The position numbers and the translations under genes are program-made. Below are positions 25,141-39,944 of a stretch of 64,000 nucleotides of DNA, in pieces. The stretch's first letter is position 1; every line of letters begins with the position of its first letter. Source of the DNA: the human T2T-CHM13v2.0 reference genome, Homo sapiens; the NCBI RefSeq assembly GCF_009914755.1, contig NC_060929.1. One strand, 5' to 3'. The notes under the pieces were generated by a model. It ran no database searches and had not been told where the DNA came from. It was given only the letters and a program-made list of their open reading frames with translations.

Positions 25141-27980
25141 CAAAGTCAGGTAAATATTTCTCCCACTTTTAACTATTAATCTCCAACTTGCTGTTTAAGA
25201 TGCAGCTTGAGTGTACTTTTTACCAGGAGGCATTCTCTGAATTCCCTTGGGGTTCAGCATTGTATCTCCTGTGTCACTCTGCCTTGCGTACGTTTTTAGG
25301 AAAGGCCCTCTCGTTACTGTATCACAGCTGTTATTAAACCTCTATACCCTAAGACACTGAATTCCTTGAAGGCGGCCAGCCCATTATCACATCTCCAGCA
25401 CTTGGATCCCAGAAAGTAGGCAGTGAATATTGAAAGTGCCTCGTGGCACAAATTTACCCACACTACACCCAGATAGTCTTTATCTACAATTGATCTGATC
25501 ATCTTCATGGGGTCCCACTCTATAGGCAGTGGGGCAGGGGAGGGGAAAGGATATATTTTAGCCTAATATAGAAAACTTGGTCTGATACAATAATGTAAAT
25601 AGTCATTTTTGGTGACTGATGGGTATCTTTACGTAAAATATTCAGTGTCTCAAATTTCTTCCCTCTCCTACTCTTCCTTGTCAAGCTGTTGTTGAATGTG
25701 ATTTCCTGGTGACAGTGGAGGTTAATGGGGGGTGGAGGTGGAGGGATGGAAAGTCCCAATCCTTCAATCTACACTGCACCTCCTGGGTCCTCCTAGGTTC
25801 TGCTGTGGCTTGACTGGCCTAGGCTCTTCCCTGAGGCATGAGTGCTTTATTACTGGGTGTTCTGGCATCTGTGATAAAGGTCAGCAGCTGGGATTGTGGT
25901 GCTAGTCAGGACCTGGTGATTCTCCTTCTGGCTTCACCCTGACTTGGCCCCACCCTGGCTCTTACCCTACAGAAACCTTGGACTCTCTTCCCCTGGCTGC
26001 TGACCTAGATGCTTCCCCCAGAAACGTCTGCCATCTGGTCTCTTCCTTCGCACTATGGTGGGCTTCATGGCAGGCCACAGGTGCTCAATTCAGGCCACTT
26101 CGTGTTCTTCTCAGAGGGCTTCGGGATTTATGGGATCCCATTCTCACCATGCAGGCACCTGAGAGTGGCCCAGGGAAGCTGAGCCTGGCCCTGCTGCTTG
26201 ACCTTTTTCTTCCTGCAAGTGTGCTTGGTAATGGTTGTCCTCATGATGGTGAGGGGTAGCCTGCAAAGTGATCTACTGCAGAGTCCCAGATGGAAGCAGG
26301 AAAAACCCACCGACCCTCAGAGTAGCCCATAGCTTATTTCACACTGTTCTTCAGAGGCAGGGAAATCACTTGTCTCATCTACCTGGTCAGTGTCATCCCT
26401 GACAATCGAGAGTCCTGGTTATGAATGTTGACAAATCCCACATCCAGCTCTCATTCATCCCTACCTACCCGGTAGTATCTCGGAGTTGCTCAGGATAATG
26501 AAACAGGATTCAGGAATTAAGTAGGGCTTCTCAACCAGAAGAAACAGAACAATTTGGAGGAATGCCAGGTAGTACTTGGCTTTCATCATTCATTCAGCCA
26601 TTCTTCCGTTTATTCATTCATTCAGAATGTTTCTATTGAGGACACATAAAAAATAAGGGAAAAAACATACATTTCCATGGAGAATTCTCTATTTTGCTAG
26701 CATAGTTTTTTGTCTATAGAACTCAATTACTTTTGAGGATATTTAGGGGAGCCGAAACACATATGGCTCTAGGGATAGGCACTGGAGAATAGAGCTCCTC
26801 ATGAATTTGAAAGGAAGAAAATCATTTTTGTGTGCCAGTGTCTTTCCATTAGATTATAGGGGATCTGACTTATTCGTAGAGTTCTTTGTGATGATGACAT
26901 ATGGGGCATCTTCCTCATTAGTTTGTTTATATTTTTGGAGTCACTTGAAGTGGTCTTGTCAGAGTCCGCCGCTTCATTTGAGGTCTTTTGGTTTTATCAT
27001 GGTGTTTTTATATATTAGGTTCTTCCCCTCTCGGTTTGCCAGTTTTTCCTTGATGTGGACTAATTTGCTTTAGGCCTTGGAGAACTGCATCAAGAAGGAA
27101 GGGGCTTGTTGATTAAATCTAATCATGCCGAAGTCCACACACCACACATGACTGAATATCTGCTTGATTGCTTGAGGGAAGCAAGGGAAGAAAAAAAGTT
27201 ATTTATACATTCAAGAGTCCTTTTTCCAAACATAAATGTAGGGAGTCTTGAAGGCTACTTTGTGCTACTACAATGCGGAGTGAGGACTTGGAAAGATTGG
27301 TTTTTGTTCTCAGAGGCCTGCAGTTTCCCCATCTTCTCCTGACTTCCCCCTATGTCTCTCCCCTATTATAAGGGAAAAGGCTTGTTTTCTTCTTCAATAA
27401 TGTTGATTAGTTCCTTCAAAACAGTAGAATAGGACTCTTTTTAAGGATCTGGTTTTAGAGACCCAAAGTGTACTTGTTATTTACGAGGGGGTTTAAACTG
27501 TGCTTTTCCGGGGGGAAGGAGGAGCTGGAGAAACAGCTCTCACTCCCAGCACCTCTGGAATCCACTGGCTTTGTCCCCAGCTGTTTCTGTGGCTAACAGG
27601 ACTGCCCTGAGAGGCCCGACCTCCTTCCAGGGACCACTTTTCTTTCTAAAGGATCCCAGGAAGGTTAGGTAAGTTATGAGGGTGAATTGGGTATTTGGAT
27701 TGAGACTCTAGTTTGGTGAACAGAGGTTCCCTGGGTTCTCTCAGATATTCTTGCTACATATTAAAATCTACAGAGTTACTTTAGCTTACATATGACCCAC
27801 AGGAAATTCCTGGGCTGAGGATAATTTTGGAATTTGGATGTATCCTCTCTGTAACCTCAGGTCCAACTCAGAAGAGTATGGCCAAGACTAATATCAGGAA
27901 AAATCCTAAGAGAACCTTAGAAGAGGAATGGGCGAGGAGATGAATGCTAGTTTACCTCTGGAAATGTCCTGCCCACCCCA

Positions 27981-28267
27981 TTTTTTTTAGAGACAGAGTC
28001 TCACCCAGGCTGGAGTGCAGTGACAAGAACATAGCTCACTGCAGCTTCTAACTGCTGAGCTCAAGTGATCCTCCTGCCTCAGCCTCCTGAGTAGCTTGCG
28101 TATACAGACATGCACCACCACATGCAGCTAATTTGTTTCATTTTTTTTGTAGAAACAAGGTCTTGCTGTGTTGTCCAGGCTGGTCTCAAACTCCTGGGCT
28201 TAAGCATTCCTCCTACCTTGGCCTCCCAAAGTGCTGGGATTATAGGCATGAGCCACTGCACCCAGCT
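27981..28267 (-). mobile_element. Alu (J-like)
   Basis: atagctcactgcagcttc...aactcctgggcttaagc. Confidence 0.93.
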
Positions 28268-29134
28268 CAGAAATGTTCACTTTCATTCTGAGGGTAGTTT
28301 TTCTTTCTTTCTTCTGGGTAACACTAAGACCATTGGTGAAAAGGACTTTCTATAAACTTCAGAACTTGGTGAAGGTCCCTTTGAATGAGGAAATTTGGGA
28401 GATTGTATATGCAGCAGCTGGGCTTTGCTCTCTGTCAGGACCGTGTTTGTGTTCTGGTTCAACCACTTAATAACCTGGGCAGGTTAATCACTTTCCCTGG
28501 GCCTTAGCTTTCTTGTCTACAAAACAAATATAGTAATGACTCATGCAGTTATGGAGAGTAAGTTTGGCAGATGGTTAAAAACAATTCTGTATGCTCTTGG
28601 GTAAAACGTTTCCAGTTAATACATTTATACATATATTATCAGATATGGTCGACTTACTGATAACCTACCATTTTGCATAAAATTACACAGCTTTACTTAA
28701 GAGGCACATTTTAAAAATATGACTTTTTCAGATTCTTATTTTAGGTCTAAGGATGGTTATTCTTAAAAATCTAGAAATTACAGATAGTAAAGAGTTGAAA
28801 ATAAAAACTGCTTATATTTTGTCACCTAGAAATAGCAGTTGACATCTTAGTTTATCTTTTAGGTCTTTGAGTCTTGAGTATCTTGAAAGTTGTTGTACTC
28901 TTAAACAAAATGAGATAATGTATCTACTGTTCTGTGAATGTTTTCTCAGCAAGACTCAGCAAACTGCCAGGGGTGAATAGGACAGGGCCAGGAAGTGGGC
29001 GAACATACCTAGGTACAAGTCACACTGTAACACATTAATGAAACTTCTTAATGGAAAAATACCAGACATTGCTCAAATACCATTTTCTTTGGTTCAAAAT
29101 AGGATACTTGGTAACCCTAATTATTACATAAAGG

Positions 29135-29335
29135 ACTTTGAACTACATAGCAGAGTGTCTGCAGAGAGCCACCATTGATTAGCTGTGTGCCCTTGGGAAG
29201 TTACTTAAATAGCACTGCAGTTTCCTCATCTGTCAAATGGAATTGTTTTGGGGATGAAATGTGTTAATAAATATTAATCATACAGTGCCTGGTTCAGAGT
29301 AAGCACCATAGTTATGTTAGCTACAATAGTAGTAG
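29135..29335 (+). mobile_element. MIR
   Basis: tagctgtgtgcccttgggaagttacttaa...cagtttcctcatctgtcaaatgg. Confidence 0.75.
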
Positions 29336-29809
29336 TGTCTGGTATAATTACCCAGTGTGTAGCAGGTGTTCCAGAGATGCTGACTGTGATAGCAGTTCAT
29401 ATTTTACATCTAATTCCTACTTTTTAATGTTTTTCTTCCTGATATCTTCTTCCCAGTACCTTTACTTTGCATATCTGCCTGATCATCCCATTATTTTGTT
29501 AGCAAAGGGGTAGCCTATCTGATATTTTAAGTAAAGGATTAAACAGTAATACTCTTGGGCTACTGCTACCAGAAGGCATAAGAGGTGCATGGTATTGTGG
29601 TGTTTTACACAATCTGTTTGTAGCTGAGACCCTAGTCGGGAAGTTACTTATCCTACCAGGAAGAGCAAAATAAAACTCTCATTCCCAGAGTGTGACAGAT
29701 GACATAGGACAAAATACAGAGATAATAGAAAGAGCTCAGAGAAGAAGGAAAGCCTCCTGGCTGGGTCAGGGGACCTCCTGGGGAATAGACAATACTCACT
29801 GGGGTTTGA

Positions 29810-30109
<300 letters not shown>

Positions 30110-30139
30110 TGAAGATGTTTTTTAAGAGTCGCTGATAGA

Positions 30140-30250
30140 GGCTGAGGGCTCCATCCTGGGCCCAGCAGGTTGCACAGTACCTGGTGATCAGTAGACACTC
30201 AGTAAGTGTTGAAAAAAAGAATGAATGAATGGGTGAATAAGTGAATGAAA
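30140..30250 (+). mobile_element. L2 3' terminus
   Basis: gcacagtacctggtgatcagtagacactcagtaagtgttg...gaatgaatgaatg tail. Confidence 0.7.
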
Positions 30251-30371
30251 GAAGACAGTGACACTCCCATCACAACGTGTAGCAAGGAGAGCCTATCACA
30301 AGAAAACCTCAGAATCTGAGAAAACATTACTAGATCTGAAGAGAATTTTCTGTTCTTGATGATAAATTATT

Positions 30372-31620
30372 TATCTCTTCAGTGAATATTCATTATCCAC
30401 TGCCTGCCTGTATGGTTCTAGGTACTGGGGAGATGGTGAACAAAACTGTCTTTGCAGTTGCTGTTCTCATGGAGCATATGTTTTATTGGAAGGAAACAGA
30501 TGACATACAACAAGCAAATAAATCCCTACTATGCTAGGTGATGGTAAGGGGCATGAGTGAAAATAAAGCAAGGGTTGGCGGTTGCCATTTCATATAAGAT
30601 GATCAGGGAGAGCCTCTTTGGTAAGATGACACTGGGGCAGAGATGAGAAGAAAGTGAGAAAGCAAGGCATCTGCATATCCAGGGGAAGAGCCCTGCTGGA
30701 AGGTGGAGCAGCAAGTGCAAGTGGCCTGAGGCAAAAACAGCAAGGAGGCTTGTGGGGCTGGAGTAGAGTAGTGGGCAGGGCTTCCGAGAGGCTGGGAGAG
30801 AGTGGAGGAGGGGCAGGCAACGGGAGGCACTGTAGGTCATGGAAAACTCTGGCCTTCACTCAGAATGAGATGGGAAGCCATTGGAGAACGTTGCAGAGGC
30901 ATGACGTGACTCGATTTCCTTTGTCTATCCTGTGGCGAAAAGGCTATGGAGGGCCAAGAGTAGGAGCAGAGAGACTACTGTTGTAACAGTTTAGGAAGAA
31001 GACCGTGGTGGCTTGCCTGGTGTTGCAGTGGAGGTGATGAGAAAGGTCAGATTCTGAATCCAGTTGTGAAAGAAAGAAAACAGTCAAGGGTGACTCCAAG
31101 GAAAGACAGAGTTGCCATTTTTTGGGAGGAGAAGCTGGGTGTTGGGGTGGGAATCAAGAGTTCAGCTTTGGACCTGTTGTGCTTGAAATGACTGCTAGAA
31201 CAACTAGGAGGAGATATTGAGGGGATAGTGTGACTCAGGGGAGTGGTCTGGACATCTGGACTGGAGTTGAAAATGTGAGAGTCATCATCATATGATGGTG
31301 TGTGATGCCATGCTGTCAGATAACCAAGGGAAGAGTGGAGAGAGTGGAGTTTGAGGACTGACCCTAAAGTAGTACAACCTGCCAACATCCAGAAGATGAG
31401 GAGGAACCTGCTATAGGGCCTGAGAAGAAAAGGCCAGCAAGGTGGGAGGAGAACCTAGAGAGCCTGGTGTCCTGGAGGATAAGGACAGGAAATGATCAAC
31501 TGTATTAAATACTGCTGTAGGTCACAGAAGGTGCGACTGAGAGCTGACTATAGGTTCTGTCATTTGAAGGTCTTTGGTGACCATGATGGGCACTGTTTCA
31601 GCAGAGTGTTAGGAATTGAA
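30372..31620 (-). mobile_element. L2 (L2a-like) LINE, about 1.25 kb
   Basis: gtgacactggggcagagatgagaagaaag, gagatgggaagccattggag, gagttcagctttggac and gaggactgaccct are typical reverse-strand L2 sequence. Confidence 0.85.
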
Positions 31621-32754
31621 CTCTAAAGTAAGGCTCACCCTTTTTATGGTGGTTAGTTATTCTCAGTGAACGTTTCTGCTGTTCATAAAGGTCTAGAGTT
31701 AAAACAAAATACAATGAATGAATGAAACCAATCTACTCAGCCACAGTTAAGAGATACTTGTACTGAGAGGCCTTCACCTGACTTTCGCGCTCTGGCATCC
31801 AGAGTGGGCCAAACCAGGTCAGCAGCAGGTTTGCAGAAAACTGCCTTAGCTGGGTTTGTTTATGTCTGGGCGTGGGTCTCTTACATAACCAGTCAAGTAG
31901 GCCACATTTTGCTTTAGCTACAAGGCTCTTAGCTTCTTAAGGGAGAGGTGGATTTTGTTGGAAATCAGTTGAAGAAGCCCTAGGCTGGGCCGTGTCATTA
32001 ACTGTTTCCTGCTAGACTTGAAGTAGTTGTCAATGTCAGAAGGGAGGCATCTGCAACTGCCTCTCCCTCTCCCCCTTACTAGTTCCAATTCCCCTTCTTT
32101 CTATGGGTGGAATCTATTTACTTTCAATTGTCTCCCCTGTGTCACCTGATTAGAGCATTTAGTACAGGAAGGATGGGCTGATGAAAATTTTGACCTCACG
32201 GAGCCCTTGTGGAGTCACCTAGATCACATTACAAAGCAGTGAGAATAGGAGAGAGGAGAGCTGGGGATCCCCTTGGAGTTGCTGTTTATCCTCCAGGCAC
32301 TTTGCAGTGAGAAGCTGGCCCGAGTCCACTTCATCATGTTAGGACATCTTAGTTTCTGAAATCTTGCCTTTGTTCTTGAGAAATGCTGTCTCTGATTGTC
32401 TAACTTTATCCTGCAGTTATAATCCCTCCCATTTCATGAGAGCTCATCCTTCAGTCCTTGGAGGTAAATCCTATAGGCAGTTTGATGGCTTTTCTTTCTC
32501 TTCACATTTTATGTTTTTCAGTTAACCATGTCCAGGATAGATTTTTCAAAATTTCTTAACACCAGCTAAGTCTGATATAAAAGTCACAACATTTTAAATG
32601 TGCTTCGTGAAGCAAATGGAATGTTTTGTGCATGCCAGTGGCCTTGGGTTGTTTTTGAATGTGTAACATTATAGCAGGGGTTGAAATTATTTTTAAAAAG
32701 AATCAGAACTAAAATTATGCAACCTCATTTACTTTTTAAATATTTAGGAAGCAT

Positions 32755-32995
32755 AACTAATAAAGAATTTATAGGGTGCTTACTATGTCAGAGTCTGCTC
32801 TAATCACTTAAAATATTAACTCATTTAATTTTCAGAATAATTCTATGAGATGGATATATTATTGCCTTATTTTACAGATCAGGAAATGCAAGCACAGAGA
32901 GCTTAAGTAACTTGCCCCAGTCACACAGCTAATAGGTGGTGGAGTAGAGACTTGAACCCAGGCAGTTCAGGGCTCATGCTTTTAACCACTGCAAC
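32755..32995 (-). mobile_element. MIR
   Basis: attttacagatcaggaaatgcaagcacagagagcttaagtaacttgccccagtcacacagcta. Confidence 0.85.
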
Positions 32996-33911
32996 ACACG
33001 AGTGTTTTTCACTAATTTAAAATCTGCAGCCATTTTTCTAAAATGGGAGTTGAGCTTTGGCTACTTTTATATTGTCTTTGAAATATATGCTTACCAAATA
33101 TTAAAAATTATCAACAAAACTATAATGTTAATTTTTAGCTAAGAAAAACTTCCTATAAGACAGCATTAATTTAAAACAAGTAGCTGGTTCTTATTGCAAA
33201 TTATTTCTATATGCTCATTGAAAAAGCAGTCCATTTTTGGGGTCAATAACTTTTTCACTTAATTTGTTACTGGAGTAGTTACATATAGAAGTGATAAAAT
33301 CATATTTCTTGAAAATATTGAAAAGATACCTTTAAAAAAAGAAACTATTTTTGGGGACTTTCTGACCTAACCCAAAAAGCCTGCTAGACAAATTTGAAAA
33401 GGGCTGTAACACTTAAAAAAATGAAACTATTATAGCTTTTCCTTTGAATAGGCTGAAACATGGTAGAGCAATTAGCCACTTCAATATACGTAGCTGATGT
33501 TTACTTGAAAGTGTCCTTTAAGGCTTATTTTCCTTTCACGATCAGTCTTCTGCTGGTTTTAAGCCCATTATTTGCAGTGGCTAGTGTTGAAGTTAATAAA
33601 GGAGTGGTGGTCCTGTTAGTCTGCATCATTTTCTTGTTTGTGAGTCTGTGTTCACTTCTAGATCCTATTGTCTTGAGGCATCCTTTGACAAGCAGAGGCT
33701 ATGTATGCCTCAGAAAAATACTCAAAAGGATGTTTGTGCCAATGTTATTAATGATTGCAGCAAGTGATTAAATCTACATGTCAGGTTCTAGGTGACAGAA
33801 GTAGAGAGGAGATTATGCTGGATTATGCTCTTGCACACCTATGTCCTTCACAAGACTTACTGTCTCGGTGGAGCCATTACCCGAGTGACAGGAAGATGAC
33901 ATGGGCTAAGC

Positions 33912-34175
33912 CACCTTTTCTTCCTTTCCTTTCCTTTTTCCTTTCTCCTTTCCTTTCTTTTTTCCTTTTTCCTTTTGTTTCTCCTTTCCTTTCCTTTTTC
34001 CTTTCCTTTCCTTTTCCTTTCTTTCTCTTTCTCTTTCTTTCTCTCTGTCTCTTTCTCTTTCTTTCTCTCTGTCTTTCTCTTTCTTTCTCTCTTCCTCTCT
34101 TTCTGTCCTTCCTTCCTTTCCTTCCTTTCCTTTCTTCCTTCCTTTCCTTCTTTTCCTTTTTCCTTTTTCTTCTTT
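33912..34175 (+). repeat. About 260-nt polypyrimidine tract (CTTT/CCTT/CT mixture), the expanded tail of the adjacent Alu
   Basis: Almost only C and T with a few G; directly abuts the Alu 3' end. Confidence 0.95.
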
Positions 34176-34462
<287 letters not shown>

Positions 34463-34726
34463 ATAGGCCACTTTTTGAAAGTATATGGTGAATTCTTCTA
34501 GGAATAGTCCATCTTGGAGATGTCCACAAACACAAAGATGACATTGAATCATAGAGTCATGCAGGTATTTTCTTTCGATCATTCTGTTGATTGAAGGAGA
34601 AAGTCTCAGTGTGGTACCCTTGCATCTTTAACATTTCTTGAATCCTTCAGAATCTCCCTTTACAACAAAGAGTCAGAATCTAATTTCATTGTTTTGTTTG
34701 CATGATTTCAGTACATATAATTCCCT

Positions 34727-35020
34727 TCTTCTTTTTTTTGAGATGGAATCTCACTCTGTCGCCAAGGCTGGAGTGCAGTGGCGCAATCTCGGCTCACTGC
34801 AACCTCCATCTCTGGGTTCAAGCAATTCTCCTGCCTCAGCCTTCCGAGTAGCTGGGACTACAGGCGTGTGCCACCATGCCCAGCTAATTTTTTATAATTT
34901 TTAGTAGAGACAGGGTTTCATCATGTTAGCCAGGATGGTCTCGATCTCCTGACCTTGTGATCTGCCTACCTCAGCCTCCCAAAGTGCTGAGATTACAGGC
35001 GTGAGCCACCGCGCCTGGCC
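34727..35020 (-). mobile_element. Alu (Sc-like)
   Basis: ccaggatggtctcgatctcctgaccttgtgatc; TSD ttcccttct. Confidence 0.95.
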
Positions 35021-35282
35021 TTCCCTTCTACTTTTGACAGGAATAATATTGGCTTTCTATGTACAGTGGGGATAAGATTTTTCTTAATCTTAGGTATTTT
35101 TTAAATTAATTTTATTTAAAGAAAAAAGGCGAGTCCATTTAAAGATGGGTACTAAAGAATATAGGTGAATATATCCATGAAACAATATAGGTGATATGTA
35201 AATATGGCAAAATTGTGAATTTGGTAGAAGAATGAGAAAAGCTTGGGAAGTGTTGTTCTAATATCTAATATGGCTGATTTTG

Positions 35283-35612
35283 TAGAGACCCACAATCTCT
35301 TCTTTGAAATTCTTGGGACCAGATTTGTTTTGGAATTCCGAATTTTCAGATCTTTTTGGCCTGGTGTTCATACTGATATGATATGACTCCCATAGGAGAC
35401 ACTGGGGCAATGCTATCATCAAGTGTATTAATATTTCTGCAGCAAAATGTATGACATTGACACCAAGTAGAGCAAGTAAAGAATATGCATGGTCCAATGT
35501 GGGCTCAGGTCAGATTGTGCCACAGAATATGTTTTTGAACCAAACTTATGGGGAAAATTCTGATTTTCAGAGCTTTCTGGATTTCAGAATTGCAGTTAAG
35601 ACAATGTAGACT
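35283..35612. mobile_element. Non-autonomous TcMar-Tigger-type element (MER46C-like)
   Basis: The ends ccacaatctcttctttgaaattc and gaattgcagttaagacaatgtag form degenerate terminal inverted repeats; length about 330 bp. Confidence 0.45.
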
Positions 35613-35968
<356 letters not shown>

Positions 35969-36479
35969 TCACACTTCAGTGTTCTGTGTGGAGAAGAGAT
36001 AGATTTAGAAGCAGAATCTGAAGCCAGGGCCATTTGACTTGTGAAACTACAATTCATACAACTTTGGAACTTTTATGATGTCCTCATTACCTTCCAAGAA
36101 AGAATGGATTTTTTTTTTGCTCATGGTACTTCAGCCCAACAGTTATTAATCTTTTTTTATTTCCTGATTCACCCCCATGGGCTTATCAGGTTTTATGTTA
36201 TGACATAGATAAGACAGGCAGTGGGACATGTGACATTTCTAATGGACTAACAGCAGTACTATTCCTATGTACCTATTCAAGAAAATTTACGGGGATGTTA
36301 GTGAGGATGGCATTTACTATAGGTATAACATTGACTCTGCCCTGTGAAAGTCATTTAAACATACTGAAAATCTGTTATTACCATAACACACTATGATTAG
36401 TATTAATAACCTTGCACTTCACACTGAACATGGTTAAAAATTGCTATCCATAATAATTACAAATTTAATAGTAATTCTG

Positions 36480-36700
36480 ACCAATAATATTTATTGAGCA
36501 CTTTTTACCAGGCATGTGTCAAGTCTTTACATGTCTGAACGCACTTAATCCTCATAACCACACTATGAGGAAAGCATAATAGTAATCTGCTTTTATGGAT
36601 GAGGAAACTTTGTGAAGATATCTAGAGGGCTAGTAAACTAGCCAAGGTCACAAGACACAAGGCGTTCTAGCTCGAATGTGTTTTATTGCCTTTGACTCTT
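36480..36700 (-). mobile_element. MIR
   Basis: atttattgagcac...ttaatcctcataaccacactatgagg...ttttatggatgaggaaac. Confidence 0.7.
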
Positions 36701-37030
36701 CATTCTCTACAAACACAGTAACAGCTTAACTCTCTGGGACTCAATTTTAGGCAACCTCATCTATTTGGAACAAAGCTGAGACATGAAAGCAAGCATAAAC
36801 ATTTCCGTAACCAAAATAGAAGTAAAATTCTCCACGTGTGAGATTCTGCATGTTAGCAAGCAGTACCGAGCCAGAACTGCTAGGCTGTGTACTCTCTTGG
36901 GTCCTTTGATAGAGGGTCATTGAATCTGAGCATGTCAGTGGAAACTGAGGATCACAGTACAGTCACTAATACTTCTAAGTTATTAATAAAGGGAAATTAA
37001 GTTTAGTTATCAATAAAGGGAAATGTATAG

Positions 37031-37331
<301 letters not shown>

Positions 37332-37677
37332 GAAGTTTAGTTACTAATAAAGGGAAATGAAGTTTAATTTAAAAATATAGTAGAAATCAAAAGCAAAGAT
37401 TTAATTGATTTTACAAAGGCCTCTAATGATGGGGAAAATAACGCTTGAAGTGGGCAAATATTTATCTATCTAGAACTTTTCATCCTACGTAAAAATTCTA
37501 GATAGCTGAGGTTTGGATATAGATGAAAAATTACTTGCATGTAGATCTTAAAATCTAGCCAAAAGCCCTCTTAAAAAATGCACTTGACTTTTTTTCTTAT
37601 GGTCTAAGAAGGTAAAGCTTGACTGTAAAATAAGCCCCTTCTCCTTTATTTGCTCTGTTTTCATTTTTGTACTCTAG

Positions 37678-37799
37678 ATCGCTCCTTCGATATCCTAAAA
37701 AAATCCAAGCCGCCCTCGACATTGCTTGCTGCAGGCCGGCTTTCAGACATGCTGAATGGAGGTGATGAAGTCTACGCTAACTGTATGGTGATTGATCAG
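37678..37799 (+). CDS. ARHGEF28: ARHGEF28 coding exon (122 nt, phase 1 to 0): DRSFDILKKSKPPSTLLAAGRLSDMLNGGDEVYANCMVIDQ
   Basis: Acceptor ttttcatttttgtactctag|AT, donor CAG|gtaagg. Open frame, continuous with both neighbouring exons. Confidence 0.96.
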
Positions 37800-38977
37800 G
37801 TAAGGCCCAACTGACATTACAGGATGATTTCTACCTCTCTCCAAAACCTGGGTTTGTAAGAAATAGATTCAGCATTGTTGTGTTCCTTTGACAATTTTAG
37901 CCTAAGAGCAGCAAAGAGGATGCTGTTGTGGGGTCTCATTGTATGAGCATTTAAGCATTTAACTTAGGTGCTTACTTCAGAACACAAGACACCTTACTCA
38001 ACCCAGAGGCACTGTCAGGGAGGGGTCTTGAGATACTGCCAAATGGGAAGAGTGTGAGAGCTCTTCTTCGGGGCCCAAGTAGGAAATGACAACTGTGCAA
38101 CCAATGTCTCCTCTACAGCTTTTCAAAAAACAGTATGTATATGACCTGATTATGCAATATTTGTATTCAAATCCAGCAAATGTAATGAGCAGGTGCTTGG
38201 TCCCAGCACCATAGGAAACTGTCACATAAATTACTTGCTTAATCGATACAACGCATCTATTAACATGTAGTAAGATTGTAGAGCTTTCATATTAATACAG
38301 AATGGTATCATATTATAAAGAAGCTGGAATCCTTTGGAACTTTCCACCCAGTCCCTGATAGAGACTTTTGAGTTAAATCTCACAGAAGCAGATGGTTTGA
38401 ATGTGCTGGCATCTTCTTGTCTTTTGTTCTTTTCTCTAGCTCAGTGATCTTCAAATTTTAGTATTTATAAAAATTATAGATCTGAAGATTTCTACACACT
38501 AATATATGGAGGATTTAAGGGATTTTCAAGGGTAGTTTTGATGACACAAAGTCTGCCTTATAAACTGACTTTAAAACTTAATCCCTATATAAGATCCACC
38601 CTATCTACTCACTGAGCAGTAAGACATTTAACCCTTTTATGTTGTTAGTATGCATGTATTTTACCCTATTTATAGATATATTCTGTGATCTAAACTTTTT
38701 TTTTTCCATCTAGAGCTCAATTTCAGCCCTTCAGTAGCACATCTCTGCATTTTCCTTTTGTGTTACAAAGCACTGTTATATCAAATGCAGCACAGATTGG
38801 GATGGTAGTCATAATGACAGAGAAACCAATAAATCAGAATGGACTTCAGCTGTAAATAACTGGTATAGTTGTTTTGGTATAAACTAACTGAAGGTCAGTC
38901 CTAGTTATAGAAATCTAGAATGGGTCATGGAGTGTAGGACACAGTGGGAGTTCTGAGGAGATTTTCAAGACACAGGA

Positions 38978-39331
38978 TGTGTTAGTCCCTTCCCACACTG
39001 CTATGAAGAAATACCTGAGACTGGGTAATTTCTAAAGAAAAGAGGTTTAATTGACTCACACTTCTGCATGGCTGAGGAGGCCTCAGGAAACTTAAAATAA
39101 TGGCGGAAGATACCTCTTCACAGGGCAGCAGGAGAGAAAATGAGTGCTGAGTGAAGAGGGAAGCCCCTTATAAAACCATCAAATCTCGTGAGAACTCACT
39201 GTCATGAGAACAGCATGGGGAAAACCACCCCCCATGATTCAATTATCTCCACCTGGTCCTGCCCTTGACACATGGGAATTATTATAATTCAAAGTGAGAT
39301 TTGGATGGGGACACAGTGCCAAACCATACCA
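38978..39331 (-). mobile_element. THE1-type (THE1C-like) MaLR solo LTR
   Basis: TG...CA ends, ctgagactgggtaatt...gaggtttaattgactcaca, 354 bp, 5-bp TSD cagga/caggg. Confidence 0.9.
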
Positions 39332-39881
39332 CAGGGTAATTGGACTTGGTGTGTTCTAGCCATGTTCTAGTATTTATTTATTTTTTTCCAGCTTTATTAA
39401 GGTATAATGAACAAATAGAAATTATATATATTTAAAGAATACAATGTAATGTTTTGATACATGTACATATTATGAGATAATTACCACAATCAAGCTAATT
39501 AAGCACATATATCATCTCACATATTTATTTTTGTAGTGAGAATACTTAAGATCTACAGCAAATTTCAAGTACAAAGTGCATTATTAACTATAGTCACCAT
39601 GTTGTACATTAGGTCTCAAGAACTTATTCATTGTGTAACTGAAAGTTTGTACCCTTCGACTAACACTTCACCATTTCCCCCACCCTCCAACCCCTAGTAA
39701 GCACTCTTCTACTCACTGTTTCTATGAGTTTGACATTTTTACATTCCACATATAAGTCAGATCATGCAGTATTTGTTTTTCTGTGTTTGGCTTATTTTAC
39801 TTAGCATAATGTCTTCCAGATTCATCCATGTTGTCACAAATGGCAGGATTTTTTTTCTTTTCTAGGGCTGAATAATATTCC

Positions 39882-39929
39882 TGTGTGTGTGTGTGTGTGT
39901 GTGTGTGTGCATGTGTGTGTTTGTGTGTG
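39882..39929 (+). repeat. Imperfect (TG)n microsatellite
   Basis: Read directly from the sequence. Confidence 0.95.
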
Positions 39930-39944
39930 CAGGTATATGGAATC

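Noticed and set aside
30529-31388. Cluster of overlapping 75-113 aa ORFs on both strands
   Set aside because: All lie within an old L2 element and show no coherent protein signature.
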